Of a stretch of DNA of 64,000 nt, positions 29,160 through 38,596 are shown piece by piece. The notes beneath the pieces were generated by a model. That model saw only the letters and a list, made by a program, of their open reading frames with translations. It was not told the DNA's origin and did not search any database. Made by a program: the position numbers and the translations under genes. Position 1 is the stretch's first letter; each line of letters begins with the position of its first letter. The stretch lies in the NCBI GenBank assembly GCA_964424195.1, contig CAYRHT010000004.1:12769-76768 (forward strand), read 5' to 3'. This DNA comes from an uncultured Gammaproteobacteria bacterium. Lineage in GTDB: Bacteria; Patescibacteriota; Patescibacteriia; UBA1558; S5-K13.

Positions 29160-30215
29160 ATGCCAGCTATAGATAAATTACAGTTAAATGAGTTAATTAA
29201 TCAAGCTATTAAAGATAATGCCGTAGCGATTTATTTTAATATTGGAAACTATCCAGTAATGAGAGTACAAGGAGTTTTAAAAGATTTAAATGATCGTCCT
29301 ATTTTAACTAAAGAGTTTTTAAACACCATTTCTAATACAATATTGCCAGATGAACAGAAAATAGTTTTACAAGAAAAAAAAGAATTAACTATTGGTTATG
29401 ACTGGTCTGACGATGTTAGACTCAGTGTTAACTTTTTTTATCAGAAAAATTCTTTGTCAGTTACTATGAAATTAATTCCATCTGCTATAAAGGGTTTGGA
29501 TGAATTGGGACTCCCCAAAGTTATTGATAACATTCCTGAACTGGAATCAGGCTTAGTTGTAATTTGTGGTCCAGTTTCTGCTGGTCGAACTACAAGTGCT
29601 AGAGCTATTATTCAAGAGATAAATAAAAAACATGATCAAAGGATCGTGACCATTGAAGAGCCAATTGAATATCAATTTATTAATGAAAAATCTATAATTC
29701 AACAAAGAGAAGTGGGTCGAGATGTTGATTCAATTACTAATGGTTTAAAAGATTTAATAGATGAAGATGTTGATTTAGTCTATTTATCAAGAATATCAAA
29801 GGAAGAAGAGATAAAATTGGCTTTAGAAGTGGCAGCAGCTGGTAAATTAGTAATTACAGTTATGGATAGTGATTCAGCAGTAATTATTCTTAATAGAATA
29901 TATAGTAGTTTTAAAAATACTGAAAGAGAATGGGCAAAGAGTTTAATTTCCGGAACTTTAAAAATAATTATTAATCAAAGATTAGTAAAAAAGAGCGGTG
30001 GAGGACTTATTCCAGCTACTGAAATATTTACTATGAATTCTTCAGCTAAATCAATTATAAAATCAGGTAAATTTGATCAATTAAAATCAGTGATTCAAAC
30101 TTCTAGACAAGATGGTATGCAAGACTTAGATAGCTCTCTAAAAGATTTAGTTAATAAGGGATTGGTTAATGCAGAAGAGGTTGAGAAATTAATGACCAAT
30201 GGAGAAAACTTATAA
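29160..30215 (+). CDS. pilT: PilT-like retraction-ATPase paralog with degenerate catalytic motifs
   Basis: PilT fold throughout, but Walker A is GPVSAGRTT (K to R), Walker B GEMRD is replaced by SRISK, and the His box is GKLVITVMDS. Confidence 0.7.
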   Translation: MPAIDKLQLNELINQAIKDNAVAIYFNIGNYPVMRVQGVLKDLNDRPILTKEFLNTISNTILPDEQKIVLQEKKELTIGYDWSDDVRLSVNFFYQKNSLSVTMKLIPSAIKGLDELGLPKVIDNIPELESGLVVICGPVSAGRTTSARAIIQEINKKHDQRIVTIEEPIEYQFINEKSIIQQREVGRDVDSITNGLKDLIDEDVDLVYLSRISKEEEIKLALEVAAAGKLVITVMDSDSAVIILNRIYSSFKNTEREWAKSLISGTLKIIINQRLVKKSGGGLIPATEIFTMNSSAKSIIKSGKFDQLKSVIQTSRQDGMQDLDSSLKDLVNKGLVNAEEVEKLMTNGENL

Positions 30216-30233
30216 TTTCTAGTTTTAATAATT

Positions 30234-31445
30234 ATGGCAATATTTAACTACAAGATTTTAGATAAAAAGGAAGAAATAATAGTTGGAGTTGTAGAGGCTC
30301 CTAATGCAGATTTAGCTGTTGAAGCTTTAACTGAAAAAGGATTTAAAGTCGTTGATTTGAAAGAAGCTCGAGCTTCTTTAAATCTTAACTTTAAAGGTCT
30401 TTCTTTTTTAAATCGAATTAATCCTAAAGAATTAGTTATTTTTTCTCGACAATTATCAGTAATGATTTCAGCTACAGTACCAATTGTTCAAGCTTTAAAG
30501 GTAATTGTTAAACAAACTAAAAGTATAACTTTTCAGGATATCATTGATCAAGTTGCTGATGATGTTGATGAAGGTTTAAAATTTTCTGAAGCTTTAAAAA
30601 AGCATTCAGTTTTTAGTGGTTTTTTTGTTAATATGATTGCTTCTGGAGAGAGTTCTGGTAGATTAGATGAAGTTTTAGAATATTTAGCTGATGAAGTTGA
30701 AAAAAACTATGATCTTCAATCCAAGATTAAAGGAGCTATGATTTACCCAACTTTTATAGTTGGGGGTTTAATTGTTGTAGGAGTAGCAATGATGATTTTT
30801 GTCATACCTCAATTAACAGGAATGTTAACTGCTTCTGGACAAGAATTACCTTTTACAACTAAGGCCTTAGTCTTTCTAAGTGATTTATTTAGAAATTATT
30901 TTGTTTACCTATTATTAACAACAATAATAATCGGGGGAGGATTATTCTATTTCATAAAGAAAACAGAGGCCGGAATAAAATTGTATAACCTTTTAAAATT
31001 AAAAGCTCCAGTTTTTGGTAAATTGTGGCAAATGATTTATTTAGTTAGATTTGCCGGAACATTATCAAGTTTAATTAATGCTGGCGTTTCTTTAACTAAT
31101 GCTTTAAATATTACAGCTGATGTAGTTGATAATTATTATTACAAGGAATTAATTGAAGAAGCTGTCGAAAAGGTAAAAGATGGTTATTCAGTAGCTCATG
31201 TATTTTCTAAGAGCAAAATGTTTCCTAGTATGCTTTCTCAAATGTTAAAGATTGGGGAAAGAACTGGTCGTCTTGGGGATGTTTTGGATAAATTAGCTGG
31301 TTTCTATTCAAGAGAGGTGGAGAATATGGTATCTAATTTAACTTCATTATTAGAACCAATGATTATGGTAGTAATTGGTGTAGCTGTCGGAGGAATGGTA
31401 GCAGCTATTATTATGCCAATGTATAATATGGCTAATGCTTTTTAG
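30234..31445 (+). CDS. pilC: type IV pilus platform protein PilC (GspF family)
   Basis: Two GspF repeats and three TM segments. Typical N-terminus MAIFNYKILDKKEEIIVGVVEA. Confidence 0.9.
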   Translation: MAIFNYKILDKKEEIIVGVVEAPNADLAVEALTEKGFKVVDLKEARASLNLNFKGLSFLNRINPKELVIFSRQLSVMISATVPIVQALKVIVKQTKSITFQDIIDQVADDVDEGLKFSEALKKHSVFSGFFVNMIASGESSGRLDEVLEYLADEVEKNYDLQSKIKGAMIYPTFIVGGLIVVGVAMMIFVIPQLTGMLTASGQELPFTTKALVFLSDLFRNYFVYLLLTTIIIGGGLFYFIKKTEAGIKLYNLLKLKAPVFGKLWQMIYLVRFAGTLSSLINAGVSLTNALNITADVVDNYYYKELIEEAVEKVKDGYSVAHVFSKSKMFPSMLSQMLKIGERTGRLGDVLDKLAGFYSREVENMVSNLTSLLEPMIMVVIGVAVGGMVAAIIMPMYNMANAF

Positions 31446-31611
31446 TTAAATATATTAATTGTTCTTTAAAAAATAGTTTTGTGGTATAATATATATGATG
31501 TTAATAACTTAGGCTTTTTTTAGAAGCTGAAAAGTTTTAATATAATTTAAATAAAAATAATTTATCACTTGTTCTAAATAATTTTAGAACATATGAAAGG
31601 AAACAAAAACA

Positions 31612-32091
31612 ATGAAAAGAAAAGGTTTTACTTTAATCGAATTGTTGGTAGTTATTGCTATTATTGGTTTACTATCAACTTTAGCTGTAGTTTCATTAAA
31701 TGGGGCTAGATCAAAGGCTAGAGATGCTAAAAGATTATCAGATGTAAAAGCAATTAGTACTGCTATTGAATTATCATTAGTGAGTAGAGATCTTAGTGGA
31801 TATGATAAAGTACTTTTAGGATGTGATACTGCGGGTCATTTAACAACAGCATGTACTGCTTTGGCTGAACCGGTATTTAATTTTTCTGCAGTTTCAGATC
31901 CTAGTGGCAGTATAGATCCCTGTGAAAGGGCTACTGCTGCTGGTGCAGACTGTGCTTACGCACTTGGTGTTGACCCGACTTCTGATGACTATGAAATTTG
32001 TTTTAGTTTAGAAAATAATACAGGTAATTTATTAGAAGGTGTTAATAAGATTAGTGTAGGCGGAACTTTAACTCGTGGATGTACAAATTAA
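31612..32091 (+). CDS. pilA: type IV pilin (class III signal peptide, N-methylation motif)
   Basis: MKRKGFTLIELLVVIAIIGLL prepilin leader and hydrophobic helix. Cys pairs in the C-terminal domain. Confidence 0.85.
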   Translation: MKRKGFTLIELLVVIAIIGLLSTLAVVSLNGARSKARDAKRLSDVKAISTAIELSLVSRDLSGYDKVLLGCDTAGHLTTACTALAEPVFNFSAVSDPSGSIDPCERATAAGADCAYALGVDPTSDDYEICFSLENNTGNLLEGVNKISVGGTLTRGCTN

Positions 32092-32105
32092 TTCAGACTT
32101 TATTA

Positions 32106-32135
32106 ATCCCTCACTTTTTAGTGGGGGATTTTTTA
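32106..32135. terminator. strong intrinsic terminator after the pilin gene
   Basis: ATCCCTCACT-tttt-AGTGGGGGAT (10 bp) followed by TTTTT. Confidence 0.65.
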
Positions 32136-32172
32136 ATTAAAAAAATCCCATTTGTAATAAATGCGATTTTAG

Positions 32173-32265
32173 TGGCGGAAGGGAAGGGATTCGAACCCCC
32201 GATACGCCAATAAGACGTATAACAGATTAGCAATCTGTCGCTTTCAGCCACTCAGCCACCCTTCC
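32173..32265 (-). tRNA. tRNA-Ser (anticodon GCU), class II with long variable arm
   Basis: Reverse complement folds as acceptor GGAAGGG/CCCTTCC, anticodon stem ACAGA/TCTGT with loop TTGCTAA, ~22-nt variable arm, T-arm GGGGGTTCGAATCCCTT, and encoded CCA. Confidence 0.85.
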
Positions 32266-32334
32266 AATAGTGTTAAAATTATAGCTAAGAAAACTATCGT
32301 TGTCAATCATCTGAATAAATTGTATAATTAGGTT

Positions 32335-32826
32335 ATGGTAGATACTATTCAAAATAAAGGGAAAGTGTTAATTAAATGGCATTTCCCAGAGTTTGAACAA
32401 CCAGAAAGAACTCTTTCTTGGTATATTATTTTATTTATAATCTTTGGAGCATTATTAACTTATTCAGTTTTAACTTTAAATTTTTTATTTGCAATTATTG
32501 TAGTAATGATAGTAGTTATTTTGTTTCTACATCAAAGAAAGGATCCCTTAGAATTGGAGATAAAGATAATGGAAGCAGGAATAGAAATAGGTGATAAATT
32601 TTATGCTTACAAAGATTTAGATAAATTCTTTATTATCTATGAACCACCAGAAATATCTAATTTGTATATAGAGTTTAAAAGTAATTTAAAGCCAGACTTA
32701 AGTATTCCTTTAAAAGATCAAAATCCAGTTAAAGTTAGAGATATATTAATGGATTTTTTATTAGAAGATATTGATAAAGAGGAAGAACCAACTGCTGATT
32801 TTCTAACTAGATGGTTAAAGTTTTAA
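32335..32826 (+). CDS. hypothetical membrane protein
   Basis: Two TM helices near the N-terminus, acidic C-terminus. No family recognised. Confidence 0.45.
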   Translation: MVDTIQNKGKVLIKWHFPEFEQPERTLSWYIILFIIFGALLTYSVLTLNFLFAIIVVMIVVILFLHQRKDPLELEIKIMEAGIEIGDKFYAYKDLDKFFIIYEPPEISNLYIEFKSNLKPDLSIPLKDQNPVKVRDILMDFLLEDIDKEEEPTADFLTRWLKF

Positions 32827-32885
32827 ATAAATAGATTATATAGATAAAAAAGACTTTAGTAGTCTTTTTTTTATTTTAGATAGTT

Positions 32886-33155
32886 TTATAGATAAACCTC
32901 TTTACGATGTTTGATTCTAAGAATAATTAGTATTTGTATATTACCTTTATTATCTATATCAAAAATAGCTCTGTAATCACCAATTCTAAATCGATAAGTT
33001 CCCAATCTAGCATCTGTTAATTTTTTAGCATATTTTAATGGTTGATTGTTAGAAATATAAAATCTAAATTTATTTGCAATTCTTTTTTGAATTTTAATGT
33101 CTAATTCTAAAAAATCATTCTTAGCTTTCCTAGTTAATTGAAGCTTATATTTCAT
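32886..33155 (-). CDS. relE: type II toxin, RelE/ParE (StbE-like) family
   Basis: LGTYRFRIGDYRAIFDID...IQILIILRIKHRKEVY matches the RelE/ParE core. 4-nt overlap with the upstream antitoxin. Confidence 0.8.
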   Translation of the reverse strand: MKYKLQLTRKAKNDFLELDIKIQKRIANKFRFYISNNQPLKYAKKLTDARLGTYRFRIGDYRAIFDIDNKGNIQILIILRIKHRKEVYL

Positions 33156-33400
33156 AAACCTAATTCTTTTGCTACTACTTCAAAGTCATAGACTTTGCCA
33201 TTTTTTACGTCTTTTCTAGCTTCTTTAATATCAAAGGCAAGTTTTTCTAATATAGTATCTTTTTTATTAAGTGGTTCAACCTTAAAAACTGGTTGGTTAC
33301 GATTTAGAACTATAAAACGCCAATTATTTTTTCGGGATTTTTTATGTAGATTAGTTATATTTTGACGAAACTCTCTAATACCTATTAATTTTGTTATCAT
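33152..33400 (-). CDS. type II antitoxin, Phd/YefM-like
   Basis: IGIREFRQNITNL...RFIVLNRNQPVFKV matches the Phd/YefM N-terminal beta-alpha pattern. Translationally coupled to the toxin. Confidence 0.6.
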   Translation of the reverse strand: MITKLIGIREFRQNITNLHKKSRKNNWRFIVLNRNQPVFKVEPLNKKDTILEKLAFDIKEARKDVKNGKVYDFEVVAKELGL

Positions 33401-33433
33401 ATATTTATGATTAATATTTAATGTATATCTTAA

Positions 33434-33461
33434 GTGTACACATTAGATATTAATTTGTCAA
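33434..33461 (-). promoter_or_regulatory. toxin-antitoxin promoter with palindromic candidate operator
   Basis: Minus strand reads TTGACA, 17 nt, TACACT. The 8-bp perfect palindrome GTGTACAC (33434-33441) overlaps the -10. Confidence 0.35.
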
Positions 33462-33463
33462 GT

Positions 33464-34987
33464 CTATCTTTTATTTCTAACGTAGTTATTAAATTTCTTT
33501 ACTACTTTATTTTTAAAGCTCGACATTTTATTATTTTCAGAACGAGATAGAGCGGCTCTAATCTTATCTTTAGCAGTATTAGTTTTTACAAAATTTAACC
33601 AATCAGGGTTTGGTATTTTTCTATTTTTATCTGTTAGAATCTCTACAAAATCACCATTTTTTAATTCAGCATCAACTTTAGACATCTTATCATTTATTCT
33701 GACACCAATACACTTATTCCCTATTTCAGTATGGATATGATAGGCAAAATCTATAGCGGTTGAGTTCTCTGGTAGATCGATAACATCATTTTTTGGTGTA
33801 AAGACAAATATTCTAGATTTAAAGATATCAGTATTTAATTTTATATATTTTAAATAATTCTTATTATTTTTAATCTTTTTTTGCCATTTTATTAAATCAT
33901 TAATCCAAGTAAATTCTTTTTTGTTAATACTTACTTTCTTTTTTTCTTTATATCTCCAATGAGCAGCAATACCAAGCTCAGCTATTCTTTCCATTCTTTG
34001 AGTTCTAATTTGAATTTCAACCGGCTGATGATTTTCATCAAATATTGTAGTATGGAGAGATTGATAACCATTGGGTTTTGATTGTGATATATAATCTTTA
34101 ACTCTTCCGTTCAAAGGTTGCCAATGATTATGAATTATTCCTAATATCGAATAACAGTCATTGATAGTTCTGGCTATAATTCTCAGGGCTATTAGGTCGT
34201 AGATATTATAGATATCCTTATCTTTCCGAAGTAATTTTTTATATGTTGAATAGGTATGCTTCTTTCGACCATAAATATCTCTATGTTGAATATTGTGCTT
34301 ATTAAGTAGACTTTGTAAATCTCCTTTTATCTTGTTAAGGGACTTAGTTCTCTTTTTAACTTGGTTTTGTATCTTTTGTTGAGTCCAAGAATATTCATCT
34401 GGATAAACAAAAGGAAAAGATAAATCTTCTATTTGTTCTTTAAATTTATACATACCAAGTCGACTAGCTATAGGAGCATATATTTCTAAAGATTCTAAGG
34501 CAATACGATATTGTTTTTCTTTGCTAGGATGATGATGTAATGTTTTTAGATTATGTATTCTATCAGCAAATCTAATAATAATTACTCGAATATCTTTAGA
34601 CATGGCTACAAACATTTTTCTAAGATTTTCAGCATATCTTTTAACTCCACGATATTTAATCTTTCCAATCTTGGTCACACCATCAACTAATTGAGCAATT
34701 TCTGCTCCAAATTCATCTTTAATATCAGAGATTGAAAATTCAGTTTCTTCGGGAACATCATGTAATAGTCCAGCTATAACTGTACTGATATCCATATCCA
34801 TTTTAGCTAAAGTGTAAGCTGTTTCTACAGGATGAATAATATATTCTTCACCACTTAGTCTTTTTTGATTTTGATGAACAACAGAAGCAAATTCCCAAGC
34901 TTTAATCAGGGGCTTAGTATTTATTTTAAGCCCTTCATTCTTATTGTTCTCATCAACTTTTTTAATTATATCTTCTATAGTATGCAT
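33464..34987 (-). CDS. (p)ppGpp synthetase/hydrolase, Rel/SpoT homolog (HD + synthetase + TGS; no ACT)
   Basis: HD motif LLHDVPEE, synthetase motif DYISQSKPNGYQSLHTTI, C-terminal TGS-like FVFTPKNDVIDLP...GDFVEIL. Confidence 0.85.
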   Translation of the reverse strand: MHTIEDIIKKVDENNKNEGLKINTKPLIKAWEFASVVHQNQKRLSGEEYIIHPVETAYTLAKMDMDISTVIAGLLHDVPEETEFSISDIKDEFGAEIAQLVDGVTKIGKIKYRGVKRYAENLRKMFVAMSKDIRVIIIRFADRIHNLKTLHHHPSKEKQYRIALESLEIYAPIASRLGMYKFKEQIEDLSFPFVYPDEYSWTQQKIQNQVKKRTKSLNKIKGDLQSLLNKHNIQHRDIYGRKKHTYSTYKKLLRKDKDIYNIYDLIALRIIARTINDCYSILGIIHNHWQPLNGRVKDYISQSKPNGYQSLHTTIFDENHQPVEIQIRTQRMERIAELGIAAHWRYKEKKKVSINKKEFTWINDLIKWQKKIKNNKNYLKYIKLNTDIFKSRIFVFTPKNDVIDLPENSTAIDFAYHIHTEIGNKCIGVRINDKMSKVDAELKNGDFVEILTDKNRKIPNPDWLNFVKTNTAKDKIRAALSRSENNKMSSFKNKVVKKFNNYVRNKR

Positions 34988-35035
34988 ACTTTAAGTATAA
35001 AGTATAAATATAAAAGTATAAAGTGCTTTTTTGAG

Positions 35036-35070
35036 AAATAAAAAATCCCCTACTCAAGAAGTAGGGGATT
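35036..35070 (-). terminator. terminator for topA
   Basis: ATCCCCTACT-caaga-AGTAGGGGAT, T-run on the minus strand. Confidence 0.6.
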
Positions 35071-35080
35071 TATAATAAGT

Positions 35081-37285
35081 TTATTTATCTAGTTTATGGG
35101 GATTATGATTAGGACAGACTTTATCACTACATCTTTCTGGAATTGTTTTTGTTCCTTCCATCATGAGACAACCACATTTTTCATTGTCACGATCTTTTCG
35201 AATATAATCACATTTCTTTCCAGTTGGTTTAGCTTTGATAGCATATTTACATTCCGGATAATTAGAACAGCTATAGAATATTCCAAATCTTCCTCTTCTT
35301 TCTGACATTTCTCCATCTTTACATTGAGGACATTTTACACCAGTCATTTTCTTTTTTTCTTCTTCGGGGTCATTCTTTATATATTTACATTTAGGATAAT
35401 TAGAACAAGAGATAAATTTTCCAAAACGACCTTCTCTAAGTACTAAATCATTTTCACATTTGGGACATTTTTCTCCAGTTGCTTTGGGCCCTTCAATCTC
35501 TTTTCCTTCTAAGGTTAAAGCTCCTTCACAATCAGGATATTTTTCACAACTCATGAATTTACCAGACTTACCTAGTTTGTAAACCATAGCTCCACTACAT
35601 TTAGGACATTTGTATTTCTTATCAGCTGGCCCTAGGTTAGATATTTTTTCAATCTTTTCTTTACTTTTAATATCTTTAATAAAAGGAGTATAGAAATCCT
35701 TTAATAATTTTTCATAGGTAAGTTTTTTGTCAGCAACTTCATCCAATTCATTTTCCATTTCAGCGGTGAAATCATCGCTGATATAGTTTTCAAAATGTGC
35801 TTCTAAGAAGGAACTAACTACATCTCCAGTATCAGTAGGATGTAAAGCTTTACCTACTTTTTCGACATAACCTCTGTTATACAAAGTTTTAACGATAGTA
35901 GCGTAAGTACTTGGACGACCAAGGCCTCGTTTTTCTAATTCTTTAATTAAAGAAGCTTCTGAGTATCTATTTGGTGGCTGAGTCTCTTTTGCTTCAGTAT
36001 TCATTTCTAACAAGTTTAGAATATCATTCTCCTGGATCTTTGGTAGAATAGTATCTTCATTTTTAGCAAAAGTATCAATCTTTAACCAACCATCGAATAA
36101 TAATCTTGATCCATTAATTGAGAAATTAGGTAAATCTTTATTATCGAATTTAATAATAACTTTAGTTTTTAATACTTTGGCATCACTCATTTGGGAAGCT
36201 AGAGTTCTTTGATAAATAAGTTGATATATTTTTTGTTGTTGGGCTGTTTTACCAGCACTTTCAATATTTAAATTACTAGGACGAATAGCTTCATGAGCTT
36301 CTTGAGCATTTTTAGATTTACCTTTAAAAACTCTAGATTGTAGGTATTCTTTACCATAATTTTTAGCGATAATAGCTTGAGCTTGTTTTTGGGCATTAGA
36401 ACTCAAAGTAGTACTATCAGTCCTCATATAAGTTATTAGACCGGCCTCATAGAGCCTTTGAGCATGCATCATGGTTTGACTAGGAGAATAGCCTAAACGA
36501 GAACTAGCAGCTTGTTGAAGAGTAGAAGTAATGAAAGGTGCTCGAGGAGATTTTTTAGCATTAGTTTCTTTAACCTCACTTACTTTCCATTCTTCTTTTT
36601 TACCCTCTTTCAAGATTGTATCAACTTTCTTTTTGTCTTTAGGTTCTTCAGCACAAGTTAAAGTTATTTTCTCTTTTCCCTTAGTTTCAACATCAGCAGT
36701 AATTACCCAGAAATCTTCAGAAACAAAATCTCTGATTAATCTTTCTTTTTCCATTAGAATTCTCAGAGCAGGGGATTGAACTCTTCCAGCAGAAAGACCA
36801 TATCTTAATTTCTTCCAAATTAAACCACTAAGACCATAACCAAACAATCTGTCTAATATTCTTCGGGCTTCTTGAGCTTTTCTTAAGTCTTGATCAATTT
36901 CTCGAGGATGTAAGATAGCAGCTTTTACTGCTTCTTCAGTAATTTCATTAAAAGCAACTCTTTTAGCATTGGGCATTTTTAAAATTTCAGCAATATGCCA
37001 AGCAATAGCTTCACCTTCACGATCAGGATCTGTAGCCAGGATAACTTCATCAGCTTTTTTGGCTTCTCTTTTTAATTCAGCTATAACTTTTTCCTTACCA
37101 TGAATTACTTCATAATTAGGTTTAAAATTATTTTCAATATCTACGGCATTAGCTTTTTTAGAACTAGATTTAGGAATATCACGAATATGTCCAACAGAAG
37201 AAGTAACAACATAGTCTTTTCCTAAATATTTTGAAATTGTTTTTGATTTCGCTGGAGATTCAACGATTAGTAATGTTTTATTCAT
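35081..37285 (-). CDS. topA: DNA topoisomerase I
   Basis: Toprim N-terminus MNKTLLIVESPAKSKTI, active-site region, three C-terminal C4 zinc ribbons (CPKC...C...C). Confidence 0.95.
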   Translation of the reverse strand: MNKTLLIVESPAKSKTISKYLGKDYVVTSSVGHIRDIPKSSSKKANAVDIENNFKPNYEVIHGKEKVIAELKREAKKADEVILATDPDREGEAIAWHIAEILKMPNAKRVAFNEITEEAVKAAILHPREIDQDLRKAQEARRILDRLFGYGLSGLIWKKLRYGLSAGRVQSPALRILMEKERLIRDFVSEDFWVITADVETKGKEKITLTCAEEPKDKKKVDTILKEGKKEEWKVSEVKETNAKKSPRAPFITSTLQQAASSRLGYSPSQTMMHAQRLYEAGLITYMRTDSTTLSSNAQKQAQAIIAKNYGKEYLQSRVFKGKSKNAQEAHEAIRPSNLNIESAGKTAQQQKIYQLIYQRTLASQMSDAKVLKTKVIIKFDNKDLPNFSINGSRLLFDGWLKIDTFAKNEDTILPKIQENDILNLLEMNTEAKETQPPNRYSEASLIKELEKRGLGRPSTYATIVKTLYNRGYVEKVGKALHPTDTGDVVSSFLEAHFENYISDDFTAEMENELDEVADKKLTYEKLLKDFYTPFIKDIKSKEKIEKISNLGPADKKYKCPKCSGAMVYKLGKSGKFMSCEKYPDCEGALTLEGKEIEGPKATGEKCPKCENDLVLREGRFGKFISCSNYPKCKYIKNDPEEEKKKMTGVKCPQCKDGEMSERRGRFGIFYSCSNYPECKYAIKAKPTGKKCDYIRKDRDNEKCGCLMMEGTKTIPERCSDKVCPNHNPHKLDK

Positions 37286-37296
37286 TTTTGTTTTTT

Positions 37297-38583
37297 TTAA
37301 AAGCTTCTTCGATGTGATAAGATATGTTCTTCATTGATCCATTTTTTTCTAAGATCCCCAACTAGATACATGGAACCAGTAACAGTTAAGCAATCTTTAC
37401 TATTAATTAAAGATAATGAAAAGTTTAGAGCTTGCCATGGGTCTAAGAAATAATCTACTTTAGCCTTTATCTTTAAATCTTTAATTATTTTTTGAAAAGT
37501 TTTTAAACCAGTAGTCTTACGTCCACCAACAACAGATAAGCTTCTAGTAAATACAATATGATCTGCTAAATGAGCAATTTCTTTTAGAGATTTATATGAA
37601 TCTTTGTCAGAAACCATAGCGAACATTAAAACTAGTTTTTTGTATTTAACGGTCTCTAAATTTTCAGCTAATCTTTTAATTTTAACTGGATTATGAGAAC
37701 CATCTATAATGATTCTTGGGGAAGCTTGAATAGTTTCAAAACGACAAGGAAGTTTAGTTCTTTTAATTGCTTTTTTAGCAGTTTGTTTATTAACTTCTAA
37801 TAATTCCCCTACTTTTTTAGCAATTAAATTATTTTTGTTACCAATTTCATTTTTATATTTCAAACTGATAAACTCTATTTTATCTTTAGCACATCTGGCT
37901 TTAAACATCTTTAATATCTGTGGTCGAGACTCAGTAGTGATAAAAGTACAACCAGGTTTAATTATTTCTACTTTGTTTTTAGCAATTTCATTTAGAGTAT
38001 TTCCTAATACATTTTGATGGTCATAATTTACATTAGTCACAATAGCAATTTTAGTATTTCTAATAACATTAGTAGCATCAAATTTTCCACCTAAACCAGC
38101 TTCTAAAACTATTAATTTACATTTTCTTTGAACAAAGTAGAGAAAAGCTATAGTTAAGAAAACTTCGAAATAGGAAGGAACTCCATAGGGACTTTTTAAA
38201 GCACATTCAGTTAAAGGAGTTTTTAGACTTTCAACTATATTAGCAAAAGCATTAGGAGTTATGTATTTGTTATTCACTCTAATTCTTTCAATATGAGCAG
38301 TAGTGTGAGGTGAATAATATGAACCAACTTTGTATTTTGATTTCAATACATTATGAATAGCAGCGGTAGTACTTCCTTTACCAGCTGTTCCAGCAATATG
38401 AATGTATTCTAATTTTTTTTCAGGATTACCTACTAAATCTAAAAGGTATTTCAATCTTTTAATGAAAAAAGATCTATCATATCCTTTAGTCTTTTTTTCT
38501 CGCTTGTTCATATAATTAGAACCAGGAATATTATTCAAGGATTCTAAGAATTTAACAGCTTTTTTATATTTTGCGTTTATCAT
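37297..38583 (-). CDS. folC: Mur ligase family protein, FolC-like (folylpolyglutamate/dihydrofolate synthase)
   Basis: P-loop HIAGTAGKGST and Mur-ligase middle/C domains. FolC versus another Mur ligase cannot be settled by eye. Confidence 0.65.
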   Translation of the reverse strand: MINAKYKKAVKFLESLNNIPGSNYMNKREKKTKGYDRSFFIKRLKYLLDLVGNPEKKLEYIHIAGTAGKGSTTAAIHNVLKSKYKVGSYYSPHTTAHIERIRVNNKYITPNAFANIVESLKTPLTECALKSPYGVPSYFEVFLTIAFLYFVQRKCKLIVLEAGLGGKFDATNVIRNTKIAIVTNVNYDHQNVLGNTLNEIAKNKVEIIKPGCTFITTESRPQILKMFKARCAKDKIEFISLKYKNEIGNKNNLIAKKVGELLEVNKQTAKKAIKRTKLPCRFETIQASPRIIIDGSHNPVKIKRLAENLETVKYKKLVLMFAMVSDKDSYKSLKEIAHLADHIVFTRSLSVVGGRKTTGLKTFQKIIKDLKIKAKVDYFLDPWQALNFSLSLINSKDCLTVTGSMYLVGDLRKKWINEEHILSHRRSF

Positions 38584-38596
38584 AGTTATTTATTAT

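Noticed and set aside
35096-38017. Plus-strand ORFs inside topA and folC (35096-35305, 36531-36779, 37835-38017), and similar ORFs inside der and the LCP gene (44022-44312, 45214-45504)
   Set aside because: Antisense to strongly supported genes. Compositionally biased translations.
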